Positions 9,630 through 19,654 of a stretch of 64,000 nt of DNA are shown here, piece by piece. Both the position numbers and the translations under genes were made by a program. The stretch's first letter is position 1; every line of letters starts with the position of its first letter. Origin of the DNA: Winogradskyella sp. (GTDB lineage Bacteria; Bacteroidota; Bacteroidia; Flavobacteriales; Flavobacteriaceae). The notes beneath the pieces are model-generated. The model made no database searches. It saw only the letters and a list, made by a program, of their open reading frames with translations, and was not told the origin of the DNA. The stretch spans positions 905 to 64,904 of the forward strand of contig JASBSA010000029.1 in assembly GCA_030149175.1 (NCBI GenBank). Reading direction: 5' to 3'.

Positions 9630-11036
9630 TTACTTAACTTTTGAAATTTGCGCCATTAACTCAGCTTCTGCGCAAAGTTTACCATTTGTATAGGCGTAAC
9701 CTTGCATGTGACATATACCACGTCTTATCGGCGTTATAAGCTCACATTTAAATATTAGTGTATCACCAGGCACTACTTTTTGTTTAAACTTTACATTGTC
9801 CATTTTCATAAAGAACGTCAGGTAGTTTTCTGGATCTGGTACTGTACTAAGAACGAGTATACCTCCTGTTTGTGCCATAGCCTCTACAATGAGTACGCCT
9901 GGCATTACCGGTGCTCCTGGAAAATGCCCTTTGAAAAATTCTTCATTCATTGTGACATTTTTCATACCAATGACATAATTGTCTGTTAGCTCATATACCT
10001 TATCTAGCAGTAAGAACGGTTGCCTATGTGGTAACATACTCATAATTTGATTTACATCCATTAATGGTGGCGAATTCAAATCTACTTGAGGTACGTTGTT
10101 GCGTCTTTCGTTTTTTATAATTTTAGACATTTTTTTTGCAAACTGAGTGTTTACAAAATGTCCTGGTTTGTTTGCAATAACTTTACCTTTAATTCGTGTA
10201 CCGATTAAAGCTAAGTCACCGACAACGTCTAGTAATTTGTGACGTGCGGCTTCGTTAGGGTGGTGCAATGTTAAATTGTCTAGTATACCATTCGTCTTTA
10301 CAGCAATGTTGTCTTTGTTAAAGGCTTTTCGAAGCTTATCCATAGTTTCCTCAGATAATTCTTTATCTACATAAACTATAGCATTATTTAAGTCTCCACC
10401 TTTAATTAAACCATGCTCTAACAACATTTCTATTTCATGCAAAAAACTGAATGTTCTGGCATCTGCAATTTCATCTTTAAATTCTGAAACCGAATTCATA
10501 GTTGCATTTTGGGTTCCTAGTACTTTTGTACCGAAGTCTACCATAGTGGTTACTTTGTAGGTTTCAGAAGGCATTAAAATGATTTCACTTCCAGTAGATT
10601 CATCTGCATAAGAAACTACTTCTTTTACTTCATATTCTTCTCTGTATGCCTTTTGCTCTACTATACCTGCTTTTTCTAAAGCTTCTACAAAAAACTTTGA
10701 GGAGCCATCCATTATTGGTGGCTCGGATGCATTTAATTCTATTACTGCATTATCTATATCTAAACCAACCAACGCGGCTAGAACATGCTCGCATGTTTGG
10801 ATGGTAACACCATTTTTTTCTAAGCATGTGCCTCTTTGGGTATTGGTTACATAATTTGCGTCTGCTTCAATCTTTGGGTGCCCCTCGAGATCAATACGTT
10901 CAAAAATAAATCCAGAATTTTCGGTTCCTGGTTTAAACACCAAGGTTACATCTGCTCCTGTATGAAGTCCAACACCTTGAAGTTTTACTTCCTTTTCAAT
11001 GGTCTTTTGCTTTATTTCAGTTTTAATTATTGCCAT
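9630..11036 (-). CDS. lpxC: Bifunctional LpxC deacetylase / FabZ dehydratase
   Basis: [28 protein letters not shown], then [11 protein letters not shown] and [16 protein letters not shown]. Confidence 0.96.
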   Translation of the reverse strand: MAIIKTEIKQKTIEKEVKLQGVGLHTGADVTLVFKPGTENSGFIFERIDLEGHPKIEADANYVTNTQRGTCLEKNGVTIQTCEHVLAALVGLDIDNAVIELNASEPPIMDGSSKFFVEALEKAGIVEQKAYREEYEVKEVVSYADESTGSEIILMPSETYKVTTMVDFGTKVLGTQNATMNSVSEFKDEIADARTFSFLHEIEMLLEHGLIKGGDLNNAIVYVDKELSEETMDKLRKAFNKDNIAVKTNGILDNLTLHHPNEAARHKLLDVVGDLALIGTRIKGKVIANKPGHFVNTQFAKKMSKIIKNERRNNVPQVDLNSPPLMDVNQIMSMLPHRQPFLLLDKVYELTDNYVIGMKNVTMNEEFFKGHFPGAPVMPGVLIVEAMAQTGGILVLSTVPDPENYLTFFMKMDNVKFKQKVVPGDTLIFKCELITPIRRGICHMQGYAYTNGKLCAEAELMAQISKVK

Positions 11037-12051
11037 TTACTTTTTTTTCAATTTCATTTATATTTTTTACAATCTTTGGTAAATTTTTAAAGTACACATA
11101 GGATTTGTTATAATCTCCATAAGTTAATGCAGGTGAACCCTGTAGAACTTCATTATCCTTTACATGTCTACCAATACCAGATTGTGCTTGTATTTTTACG
11201 TTATTACCTATAGTAATATGGCCTACAATACCAACTTGTCCACCTATCTGACAATTTTCTCCAATCTTTGTAGAACCTGCAATACCGGTTTGTGCTGCAA
11301 TTACAGTATTTTTACCAATTTCTACATTGTGGGCAATTTGAATCTGATTATCTAGTTTTACACCTCTTCTTATTATTGTTGATCCTAACGTAGCTCTATC
11401 TATGGTAGTGCCAGCGCCAATATCTACATAATCTTCGAGTATAACGTTTCCTATCTGTGGTACTTTAGAGTATTCACCTTTTTCATTTGGCGCAAAACCA
11501 AATCCGTCCGCCCCAATTATAGCACCAGAATTAATAACACAATTAGTACCTATGAGACAATCTGAATAAATTTTTCCTCCAGAAAACACTATAGTATTAT
11601 CTCCAATAGTTACATTATCTCCTATATATGAATTTGGGAAAATCTTTACATTACTACCTAACTTTACGTTGTCGCCTACATAGGTAAAGGCTCCTATATA
11701 AATATCATCACCGATTTTAGCTGAATCTGAAATAAAACTTGGTTGCTCTATTCCTGATTTATTCAACTTTATTTGGTTGTAATATTCTAACAGTTTAGTG
11801 AAAGCACCATAAGCATCCTCTACTTTTATTAAAGTAGTGTTTAGTGCTTCTTCAGGCTCAAAGTTAGAGTTAACAATTGTAATCGAAGATTTTGTTGTAT
11901 ATATATAGGGTTTATACTTTGGGTTGGCCAAAAACGTTAACGACCCTTTTGTTCCCTCTTCTATTTTAGCTAGTTTAGAAACTTCAATATTTGGGTCACC
12001 AACGACTGTACCTTCTAAAATACCTGCGATTTGTTGTGCTGTAAACTTCAA
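11023..12051 (-). CDS. lpxD: UDP-3-O-acylglucosamine N-acyltransferase
   Basis: [34 protein letters not shown]. Confidence 0.95.
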   Translation of the reverse strand: MKFTAQQIAGILEGTVVGDPNIEVSKLAKIEEGTKGSLTFLANPKYKPYIYTTKSSITIVNSNFEPEEALNTTLIKVEDAYGAFTKLLEYYNQIKLNKSGIEQPSFISDSAKIGDDIYIGAFTYVGDNVKLGSNVKIFPNSYIGDNVTIGDNTIVFSGGKIYSDCLIGTNCVINSGAIIGADGFGFAPNEKGEYSKVPQIGNVILEDYVDIGAGTTIDRATLGSTIIRRGVKLDNQIQIAHNVEIGKNTVIAAQTGIAGSTKIGENCQIGGQVGIVGHITIGNNVKIQAQSGIGRHVKDNEVLQGSPALTYGDYNKSYVYFKNLPKIVKNINEIEKKVNGNN

Positions 12052-12102
12052 TTAATTGAATTTAAAATGATTGTTGGTTTCCGCAAAAATAGAAAAAATG
12101 TA

Positions 12103-13332
12103 TTACATTTTCTTTTTAGGGTAACACATATAATATTTAGTGACAGGTTTACTCAGTGCTTTTAGATTGAGTTGGTCTGAAGCTTTGACGATATCCTTTA
12201 TTTTTCCAGACTTTAATTGTATGTTAATATGCTGCTTTTTACTCTGATAAGCCAGATTAGTTATCTCACCACTAAACACAAAAAAGTCTGCTTGTTCTTT
12301 TGAGATATTGTACTTATCTACCAACGCCTTATTATGTATTTCTAAATCTATGGTTTTAATAGGTTTGTTTTTTATTTTAATCTTCAATAAATCCCTATCT
12401 ATAATCATCTCACACAGATTGCTCAGTACAAAATCCGTATGATTTCTCCAAGATTTCATGGCTGCTACAATATCGTAATCATCAAGTTTTGCAAATATCT
12501 CTAACGTATTACTATCAAAACTATTATAATTAACCTCTGAAGTTAAAAAGTGATTTAAAGGTTCACTACAATGTAATTGTTCACCTTGCTGAACTAACTC
12601 TTTAGCTCTTTTTAAAATCCTTGTGAGTAACTGCTCTGCAACAATACCGGTTTTATGTAAATAGACTTGCCAATACATAAAACGTCTCGCTACCAAAAAC
12701 TTTTCTACGCTATAAATTCCTTTTTCTTCTACAACTAATTCATCGTTTACCACATTGAGCATAGTAATTAAGCGTTCACTATTTATATTTCCTTCGGCTA
12801 CTCCTGTGTAAAAACTATCTCGCTTTAGGTAATCCGCCCTATCCATATCCAGTTGACTGGATATAAGCTGGCACATAAACTTTCGAGAATATTCGCCTTT
12901 AAAAATAGAGATGGCTAACGTTAAACTTCCGTTAAACTCTTCATTGAGGTTTTCCATAAATTGAAGTGAAATTTCTTCATGAGAAATGTCATTTACAATA
13001 CTATGCTCCATGGCATGAGAAAAAGGGCCATGACCAATATCGTGCAATAAAATGGCGATTAATAGTCCGTTTTCTTCCTCCTTAGAGATTGCAACCCCCT
13101 TAAAACGAAGCACATTGATGGTTTTTTGCATCAAATGCATACTTCCTAATGCGTGGTGAAAACGTGTATGATGCGCACCTGGATATACCAAATAAGACAA
13201 TCCCATTTGCGTAATTCGACGTAATCTCTGGAAGTATTTATGCTGAATAAGGTCGAAAATTAAAGAATTCGGAATTGTAATAAATCCGTAAATTGGATCG
13301 TTAAATATTTTAAGTTTATTATTAGACTTCAA
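12103..13332 (-). CDS. HD-domain phosphohydrolase (dNTPase-like)
   Basis: FQRLRRITQMG, HTRFHH, LLHDIGHGPFSH, DMDRADYLKRDS. Confidence 0.9.
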   Translation of the reverse strand: MKSNNKLKIFNDPIYGFITIPNSLIFDLIQHKYFQRLRRITQMGLSYLVYPGAHHTRFHHALGSMHLMQKTINVLRFKGVAISKEEENGLLIAILLHDIGHGPFSHAMEHSIVNDISHEEISLQFMENLNEEFNGSLTLAISIFKGEYSRKFMCQLISSQLDMDRADYLKRDSFYTGVAEGNINSERLITMLNVVNDELVVEEKGIYSVEKFLVARRFMYWQVYLHKTGIVAEQLLTRILKRAKELVQQGEQLHCSEPLNHFLTSEVNYNSFDSNTLEIFAKLDDYDIVAAMKSWRNHTDFVLSNLCEMIIDRDLLKIKIKNKPIKTIDLEIHNKALVDKYNISKEQADFFVFSGEITNLAYQSKKQHINIQLKSGKIKDIVKASDQLNLKALSKPVTKYYMCYPKKKM

Positions 13333-13365
13333 ATTGAATAATCATTAATTAGGAAACAAATATAC

Positions 13366-14919
13366 ATGAACAACATAAATATTCTCTGGGTAGACGACGA
13401 AATCGACTTATTAAAGCCTCACATACTCTTTTTAGAACAAAAACAATATAAGGTAACAACGTGTCAAAGTGGTACAGAAGCTTTAGAGATTATTAATGCC
13501 ACTAATTTTGATATTGTTTTTTTAGATGAGAATATGCCAGGACTTACGGGTCTAGAAACTCTAAACGAAATAAAAGAACGTCGCCCTAATCTTCCTGTTG
13601 TGATGATTACAAAAAGTGAAGAAGAATATATTATGGAAGAAGCTATTGGCAGTAAAATAGCCGATTACCTTATAAAGCCTGTTAATCCAAATCAAATTTT
13701 ACTGAGTTTAAAAAAGAATTTAGACCACTCTCGCTTAGTGTCTGAAAAAACAACGTCCAACTACCAGCAAGAGTTTAGAAAAATCGCCATGGATTTATCT
13801 ATGGTAAATTCTTATGAAGAATGGGCAGAGCTATACCAAAAACTAATCTACTGGGAACTTCAACTAGAGGATATTGAAGATGTTGGTATGACCGATATTT
13901 TAGAATCTCAAAAGACTGAAGCTAATCTGCAATTTGGGAAATTTATAGAAAAGAATTATGAAGACTGGTTTCAACCCGATGCGGATGCACCAATAATGTC
14001 TCATACCTTATTTAAGGAAAAGGTTGTACCAGAGTTAAGCGATAAGCAACCTACAATTATGGTCGTGATAGACAACTTACGATACGACCAGTGGAAAGCT
14101 TTTGAACCTATTGTAAATAACTACTACAAGAAAGCTTCTGAGTTATCATTTTTTAGTATTCTGCCTACTGCAACCCAATATGCCAGAAATGCTATCTTTT
14201 CTGGTTTAATGCCTGCAGATATGGAAAAGTTATTTCCTAAGTATTGGAGAAACGATACAGATGAAGGTGGTAAAAATTTGCATGAAGACGATTTTTTAAG
14301 AGAACAATTGAAACGTTTAGGGCTTAACCATATCAAATACGAATACCATAAAATCACCAATCTAAAATCGGGTAAAAAACTAGTTGAAAACTTTAGAAGT
14401 TTAAAAAACAATGATTTAAGTGTTATTGTCTATAATTTTGTTGACATGCTATCACACTCAAAAACCGAAATGGAAGTTGTTAAAGAATTGGCATCAAATG
14501 ATAAGGCGTATCGTTCACTTACTCAAAGTTGGTTTAAAAATTCACCGTTATTAGAAATGATTCAACTATCTCAACAGTTAGGTTTTAAATTAATCCTTAC
14601 AACAGACCACGGAACTATTAATGTAAAAGCACCTTCTAAGGTCATTGGAGACCGAGACACCAGCCTGAACTTAAGATATAAAACAGGTCGTAGCCTTACA
14701 TATCAAGATAAAGACGTTCTAGCTGTTAAGGATCCCAAATCAATACACTTACCAGCTTTAACAATGAGCAGTTCATTTATTTTTGCTAAAGGAGATTTGT
14801 TTTTAGCGTATCCTAACAACTATAACCATTATGTAAGTTACTACAGAAACACCTATCAACATGGTGGTGTTTCTTTAGAGGAAATGATTATTCCTTTTGT
14901 GGTCTTAGACCCTAAATAA
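13366..14919 (+). CDS. porX: PorX-type response regulator (receiver + PglZ domain)
   Basis: WVDDE…FLDENMPG receiver; DNLRYDQW, LPTATQYARNAIFSG, TTDHG, YQHGGVSLEEM PglZ motifs. Confidence 0.9.
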   Translation: MNNINILWVDDEIDLLKPHILFLEQKQYKVTTCQSGTEALEIINATNFDIVFLDENMPGLTGLETLNEIKERRPNLPVVMITKSEEEYIMEEAIGSKIADYLIKPVNPNQILLSLKKNLDHSRLVSEKTTSNYQQEFRKIAMDLSMVNSYEEWAELYQKLIYWELQLEDIEDVGMTDILESQKTEANLQFGKFIEKNYEDWFQPDADAPIMSHTLFKEKVVPELSDKQPTIMVVIDNLRYDQWKAFEPIVNNYYKKASELSFFSILPTATQYARNAIFSGLMPADMEKLFPKYWRNDTDEGGKNLHEDDFLREQLKRLGLNHIKYEYHKITNLKSGKKLVENFRSLKNNDLSVIVYNFVDMLSHSKTEMEVVKELASNDKAYRSLTQSWFKNSPLLEMIQLSQQLGFKLILTTDHGTINVKAPSKVIGDRDTSLNLRYKTGRSLTYQDKDVLAVKDPKSIHLPALTMSSSFIFAKGDLFLAYPNNYNHYVSYYRNTYQHGGVSLEEMIIPFVVLDPK

Positions 14920-15017
14920 ATCCTTTAAAAGCATAAAAATCCGACGAAATGCATTTTTCTCTAGGTTTTTAAAATATTTATTACTAACATTGTATCGTAA
15001 ATTAGTAATAGGTTAGC

Positions 15018-15482
15018 GTGCATAATATTGAGTTAACATATCATTTGAATGAAATTAATACAGTAGCATTAGATGTACTCAAACATTTAAAGTCTAAAGT
15101 AATTTTGTTTGATGGAAAGATGGGAGCTGGCAAAACAACATTAATCAATGCCCTTTTAAAGGCTATGCATAGTGAAGATGTTGCGACTAGTCCAACATTT
15201 TCTATTGTTAATGAGTATTTATTGCCAAACGATAAAGTTTTTCACTTTGATTTCTACAGAATAGAATCTATTGATGAAGCTTATAATTTTGGGGTAGAAG
15301 ACTATTTGTACAGTAATAATTGGTTGTTTATAGAATGGCCAGACCGTATAGAAGAATTACTACCTGAAAATACACAAACACTTACTATTACTAAGATAGA
15401 CAAGAACACAAGATCCCTCAAATTAACTAGAAACAAGAAACTTTTAACCGAAAATAACGCTATGACAGAGCCGAAATTTTAA
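15018..15482 (+). CDS. tsaE: tRNA threonylcarbamoyladenosine biosynthesis ATPase
   Basis: GKMGAGKTT, SPTFSIVNEY, HFDFYR, IEWP. Confidence 0.95.
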   Translation: MHNIELTYHLNEINTVALDVLKHLKSKVILFDGKMGAGKTTLINALLKAMHSEDVATSPTFSIVNEYLLPNDKVFHFDFYRIESIDEAYNFGVEDYLYSNNWLFIEWPDRIEELLPENTQTLTITKIDKNTRSLKLTRNKKLLTENNAMTEPKF

Positions 15483-15520
15483 ACAAATTTCAACTTACAT
15501 TCTACCGCAAGAGTTATGGA

Positions 15521-15539
15521 GTTACGGAAAAACCGTAAC
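15521..15539. promoter_or_regulatory. Palindromic operator candidate GTTACGG-AAAAA-CCGTAAC
   Basis: Perfect 7-bp inverted repeat with no U-tract, ~60 nt upstream of a -7 box. Confidence 0.6.
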
Positions 15540-15601
15540 CAAAACCTTATAATTTCTTGGATTTTAACATTAATCGATTTTCAGAGGCTTAATGCATACT
15601 G

Positions 15602-15609
15602 TAAATTTG
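15602..15609 (+). promoter_or_regulatory. -7 promoter box TAAATTTG for the peptide gene
   Basis: TAnnTTTG match 30 nt upstream of ATG 15640. Confidence 0.6.
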
Positions 15610-15639
15610 TAGTAATTAATTAATTAAATCCCTTAAATT

Positions 15640-15783
15640 ATGAAAACTAAAAAACTAGTACTAGCGATTGCTATCTTCGGCGGAGTGTTATTTACTGTTC
15701 AAGCAACTAACATTATCGATTTAGATGGACAAACAAAAACACAGGTTGACAAGACTAAAATCAGAAAATTACCTAACGGATAA
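15640..15783 (+). CDS. Small secreted peptide precursor, 47 aa (MKTKKLVLAIAIFGGVLFTVQATNIIDLDGQTKTQVDKTKIRKLPNG); not in ORF track
   Basis: Manual translation; basic N-terminus, hydrophobic core and VQA cleavage site; own promoter box; A/T-rich start context. Confidence 0.8.
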   Translation: MKTKKLVLAIAIFGGVLFTVQATNIIDLDGQTKTQVDKTKIRKLPNG

Positions 15784-16276
15784 GAAACAGTACAATCGTA
15801 AGATTATTACAGGGAGTATCATTGCTACTATTATAGCTGGTACTCCTTTTTTATTTTATATTTATGAATATGTACCATCTGGTAAAACTTGGGAAACTTT
15901 CTTATTTACATATGAAAGTAATTGGTTTGAAGATGCGAGCACTGGTATATGGGTCTTAATGATGAAGACTATTCCTCTTCTTCTCTCAATTGTTTGGTTC
16001 TTTACCTGTCGCCATTGGTGGTATCATGCACTAATTGTACCTATTGCTATGTTTTTATTCCAAGTTATAAGTGCTTTGAGGGCAGAAAAATATATGGATG
16101 AATTACATATTTTATACTTATTACCAATAATGGCTATAACTTTTCCTTCCATTTATTTAATAAGGGCAAGAATGTTCAATAAAATTAATGACCATGACAA
16201 AACCATGGAGGAATTAGAGGAAGAGTTTATGATTAAACCTAAAACATTTTGGGGTAAGATTAAGCAGTATTTTTAA
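15725..16276 (+). CDS. Multi-pass membrane protein, 'HWW' type copy A
   Basis: About 4 hydrophobic segments, WFFTCRHWWYHALIVP motif, acidic tail; homologous to 16273-16890. Confidence 0.8.
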   Translation: MDKQKHRLTRLKSENYLTDKKQYNRKIITGSIIATIIAGTPFLFYIYEYVPSGKTWETFLFTYESNWFEDASTGIWVLMMKTIPLLLSIVWFFTCRHWWYHALIVPIAMFLFQVISALRAEKYMDELHILYLLPIMAITFPSIYLIRARMFNKINDHDKTMEELEEEFMIKPKTFWGKIKQYF

Positions 16277-16890
16277 ACCAAAATTGATTCTTTTAAAAGC
16301 AAGAGCTCTTTGAGATAATTTTCTTTAGTTAATTCTTTTCTTTTTGACTTAAGGTTATCAAATTTTTGTCTATATATCTTTTGGTTAACTGAGCGGCTAT
16401 TTGATAAATTTGAAATAATAACCTTTATCTCCCCTTCTATTTCATCTTCTACTTGTAACATACTTAGTTGGCGATTGATTTTATTTACAATAAAAATAAA
16501 ACCTAAAACAATAGGCAGAGTAACTACAACACCATAAAAAACTTCATACTCATCGAAAAAAAATAAATCTTCATTTAAAAGCATTATAAACTGAAACACA
16601 AAAAAAGTAAGCGGAACAATAATGGCTTTTTTCCACCAATGTTTAGAAGAATAATACCAACCTAGAGCCAACATAATCATTATGATTTTTTGTGTATAAG
16701 CCCAAATCATAATTTGAACATTTTGAAAATAAACAGATGTTATAGTCATTCCAAAAATTTTAATTTGTTCATCTTCAGGGAACAATCTATATGCATATAA
16801 AATAAATGGAATAAGAAATATAAAAAGAATACTATATCTATCACGCTTCATTAAATATCTATATTTCATTGTCAATTTTTTATTAAGCAA
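16273..16890 (-). CDS. Multi-pass membrane protein, 'HWW' type copy B
   Basis: About 4 hydrophobic segments, WYYSSKHWWKKAIIVP motif; start may be ATG at 16869 or 16851. Confidence 0.8.
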   Translation of the reverse strand: MLNKKLTMKYRYLMKRDRYSILFIFLIPFILYAYRLFPEDEQIKIFGMTITSVYFQNVQIMIWAYTQKIIMIMLALGWYYSSKHWWKKAIIVPLTFFVFQFIMLLNEDLFFFDEYEVFYGVVVTLPIVLGFIFIVNKINRQLSMLQVEDEIEGEIKVIISNLSNSRSVNQKIYRQKFDNLKSKRKELTKENYLKELLLLKESILV

Positions 16891-16891
16891 T

Positions 16892-19582
16892 TTACAACTT
16901 ATAACTCAACTTAAACATCACTATCCTCGGTATGATAAACGTTCTGCTATCGCTTACAACAAAGGCATTAAACGAATTCTGTTGTTTAAAACGCACATCA
17001 AAAATATTGTTTGCAGATACTTCAAAGCCCCAAGGACTGTCTTCTTTTTGGTAAAACAGTGAGGCATTAGCAGTATCAAAAGTATTGGTAATACCTTGGT
17101 TTTTATTGTTGTAGTTATCAAAGGTATAATCGGCTTTAAAGATAAAGTCTTTTAAAAAGTCATATTCTAAAACAACTTCAAAACGGTCATTTTCAAATTT
17201 TGAAATAGTGTTCAAAGCCTTGTAATTACTAAAATCTTTGGTGTAGTTAAGCTCTAAGTTTGGGAAGTTTTTAAAAAAGGTCTCCAAGCCAATGGTAGAT
17301 GATATAGATTTTGAAACGTTAAGATTGGTTTCATCATTTAATATCTGATAAAAATCACTGTAACTAAAACTAGTACTAAGGTTATAACGGATTTTACGTA
17401 TTTTTTTTGAAATACGACCACTCACATTCCAATTGTGTTCTGGCTGATCAAACATGATTGCTGTATTGAACGATTCTATACCATTTAGCTCAGTAACGTT
17501 CTTAATCGTAGTTATTCGTTTATTGAAACTGGTATTGAGGTTAAAATTTAGGTTACGGAAAAGACTAAACTTGTAATAGCTCAATGTAGCAGTATGGTAC
17601 AACTGATTTTCTAACTGATTATTTCCTCTGAAGACATTATTGAAACTAGACAATATAAAATTATTAGCCAATTGGTTAACACTTGCGAAACGAGCATTGA
17701 GCTTATATTTAAAATTTAACTTTTCGCTATTGTTAAATTCTATTTTAGAGGTAAACTGTGGCAATAATAAGGTTTTTGAAAAGGTCTCAGCATCACCAAA
17801 CTGCTCTGTGCGCCACAGATACCCATGATAATATAGCGCAGGTTTAAATGTGGCAATACCAATCATAAATTTATATTCTAAGCCTAAAAACGTATCTATA
17901 AAGTTGTACCCAAAATCATTGCCAAAACCAGCGGAACTAAAATTGTTAATACTACTGTCTTCCAAGACTTGAACATCGCTGTTATAAAACGAATTAAACG
18001 AGGTGTTAATACCAATACTAGTGTATAAATGATTAAAATTATTAAGCACCCAATAATCTTTTACAATAGCATTAAAATTATGGGATTTAGACTTTTTAGT
18101 TTGTAAAATGTTATAGGTTTCTTCATCTTCTAAAGGAATTAAGCCTTGTAGAATCTGTTGGTTAGTAATCCATTCTGTAATAGGTTTGTCGTTCTGAAAA
18201 TTATAAGTAGCCTCTAAAGTTGCTGTATGTGCTTTAGATAATTTACGACTATAGCTGATGTTTTGCTTTAGATTTAGTGCTGTAATATCTGTAAACGTGT
18301 TTATTGTGTTATTTTGGTTAGGGTTGATGGTATTTATCAGTCCATTTGCATCGTTATTGGTCACTTTTACAAAAGCGTTATAAGCAAAATCCTCTGTATA
18401 ATCTGGGTCGTAATCTACCGTAAACTTACCTATGGTAAAAAAGTTGTTGAGGTTGTTGGTTATTGTTCTATCTTCCGTAAAAGGTTCTGTGATGTTTTGG
18501 TAACTATTAAGTGTATTGCTCAACGTTTGGGTTTTAGAGTTAGAAGTTATCACGTAACCACTAAGATCTGTACTATTGTTAACCGATTGCCTAACGTTTA
18601 GCGCACCAAACTGATTAATGTTATCCGTAAAATCTTGGTTGTTGAGGTACTGTGCAAAATCGCTATTAAAGAGGCTAAAATAACTGCCAGCATCATCCAA
18701 AAGCTTACCAAAACCACCTTCAAACTCTAAGTAATCGCTAAAACTAAAGCTCTTAATACCTTGGTTATTAAGGTCTCCTATAAAATTCACATTGGTCTTT
18801 GGGCTATAATAAAACAAGTTGGGATACAATAGATACCTATCCTCAATACCAGCACCAGCTTCTATATCACCAAATACAAATTTCTTTTTGTCTTCTTTTA
18901 GCAAGATGTTTAGCGCCATATCCTCAGAGTCTTGCAGACCTTTTAGCATGGCAACCTCATTGTAATTATCTAATACTTCTACCTTATCTACAGCATCGGC
19001 TGGTATGTTGTTTACAGCCAGTTTGCTGTTGCCTGTAAAAAAGGTTTTGTTCTCTACCAATACTTTGGTTACTTTTTTGCCCTGTACCTTTACGTTACCA
19101 GCTCTATCAACCTCAACGCCTGGTAATTTTTTTAGGGCATCGCGTAGTTTGCGTTCTTCTCCTGTAGTAAAACGGTTAACGTCGTAGGTAATGGTATCTT
19201 TTTTTACCACTATTGGTGGTGTGTATTTTATATGTACCTCGTCGAGCTGGTCTGGATTTTCTTCTAGCACAAAGTTTTTAACAAGGTCTTGGTCTGTGGT
19301 GGTTATGTTTAGTTTTTGTGGTTTATAGCCGAGATAACTTACCGTTAGCTCATAGGTTTGCTGCTTTACAAGCCCAAGTTTATAACTGCCATCTTGTTCT
19401 GTAATGGCAAATCTTACCTCTAAATCTTCTGCATTTGGTATGGCTAAGATATTGGCATAGGGCAATGGGTTTTGTAGGCTATCTGTTACTTTGCCTTGCA
19501 CTTTTATCTGTTGAGCAAAACCTAAAGAAGAAAATCCTGCTAGTAAGAGCAGAAATATGAGCCTAATGTATTTCAAAGTCAT
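16892..19582 (-). CDS. Outer-membrane beta-barrel (TonB-dependent receptor-like) with carboxypeptidase-regulatory-like N-domain
   Basis: Signal peptide; GKVTDS…PLPYANI…SYLGY; plug-like LKKLPGVEVD…IPADAVDKVEVLDN; C-terminal strand FKLSYKL. Confidence 0.85.
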   Translation of the reverse strand: MTLKYIRLIFLLLLAGFSSLGFAQQIKVQGKVTDSLQNPLPYANILAIPNAEDLEVRFAITEQDGSYKLGLVKQQTYELTVSYLGYKPQKLNITTTDQDLVKNFVLEENPDQLDEVHIKYTPPIVVKKDTITYDVNRFTTGEERKLRDALKKLPGVEVDRAGNVKVQGKKVTKVLVENKTFFTGNSKLAVNNIPADAVDKVEVLDNYNEVAMLKGLQDSEDMALNILLKEDKKKFVFGDIEAGAGIEDRYLLYPNLFYYSPKTNVNFIGDLNNQGIKSFSFSDYLEFEGGFGKLLDDAGSYFSLFNSDFAQYLNNQDFTDNINQFGALNVRQSVNNSTDLSGYVITSNSKTQTLSNTLNSYQNITEPFTEDRTITNNLNNFFTIGKFTVDYDPDYTEDFAYNAFVKVTNNDANGLINTINPNQNNTINTFTDITALNLKQNISYSRKLSKAHTATLEATYNFQNDKPITEWITNQQILQGLIPLEDEETYNILQTKKSKSHNFNAIVKDYWVLNNFNHLYTSIGINTSFNSFYNSDVQVLEDSSINNFSSAGFGNDFGYNFIDTFLGLEYKFMIGIATFKPALYYHGYLWRTEQFGDAETFSKTLLLPQFTSKIEFNNSEKLNFKYKLNARFASVNQLANNFILSSFNNVFRGNNQLENQLYHTATLSYYKFSLFRNLNFNLNTSFNKRITTIKNVTELNGIESFNTAIMFDQPEHNWNVSGRISKKIRKIRYNLSTSFSYSDFYQILNDETNLNVSKSISSTIGLETFFKNFPNLELNYTKDFSNYKALNTISKFENDRFEVVLEYDFLKDFIFKADYTFDNYNNKNQGITNTFDTANASLFYQKEDSPWGFEVSANNIFDVRFKQQNSFNAFVVSDSRTFIIPRIVMFKLSYKL

Positions 19583-19654
19583 TTTTAATTCTCATTAATT
19601 GAAATTAGATAAGCTACTACTAGTAAGAATTATAACTTTTTTAAATACAAAAGA

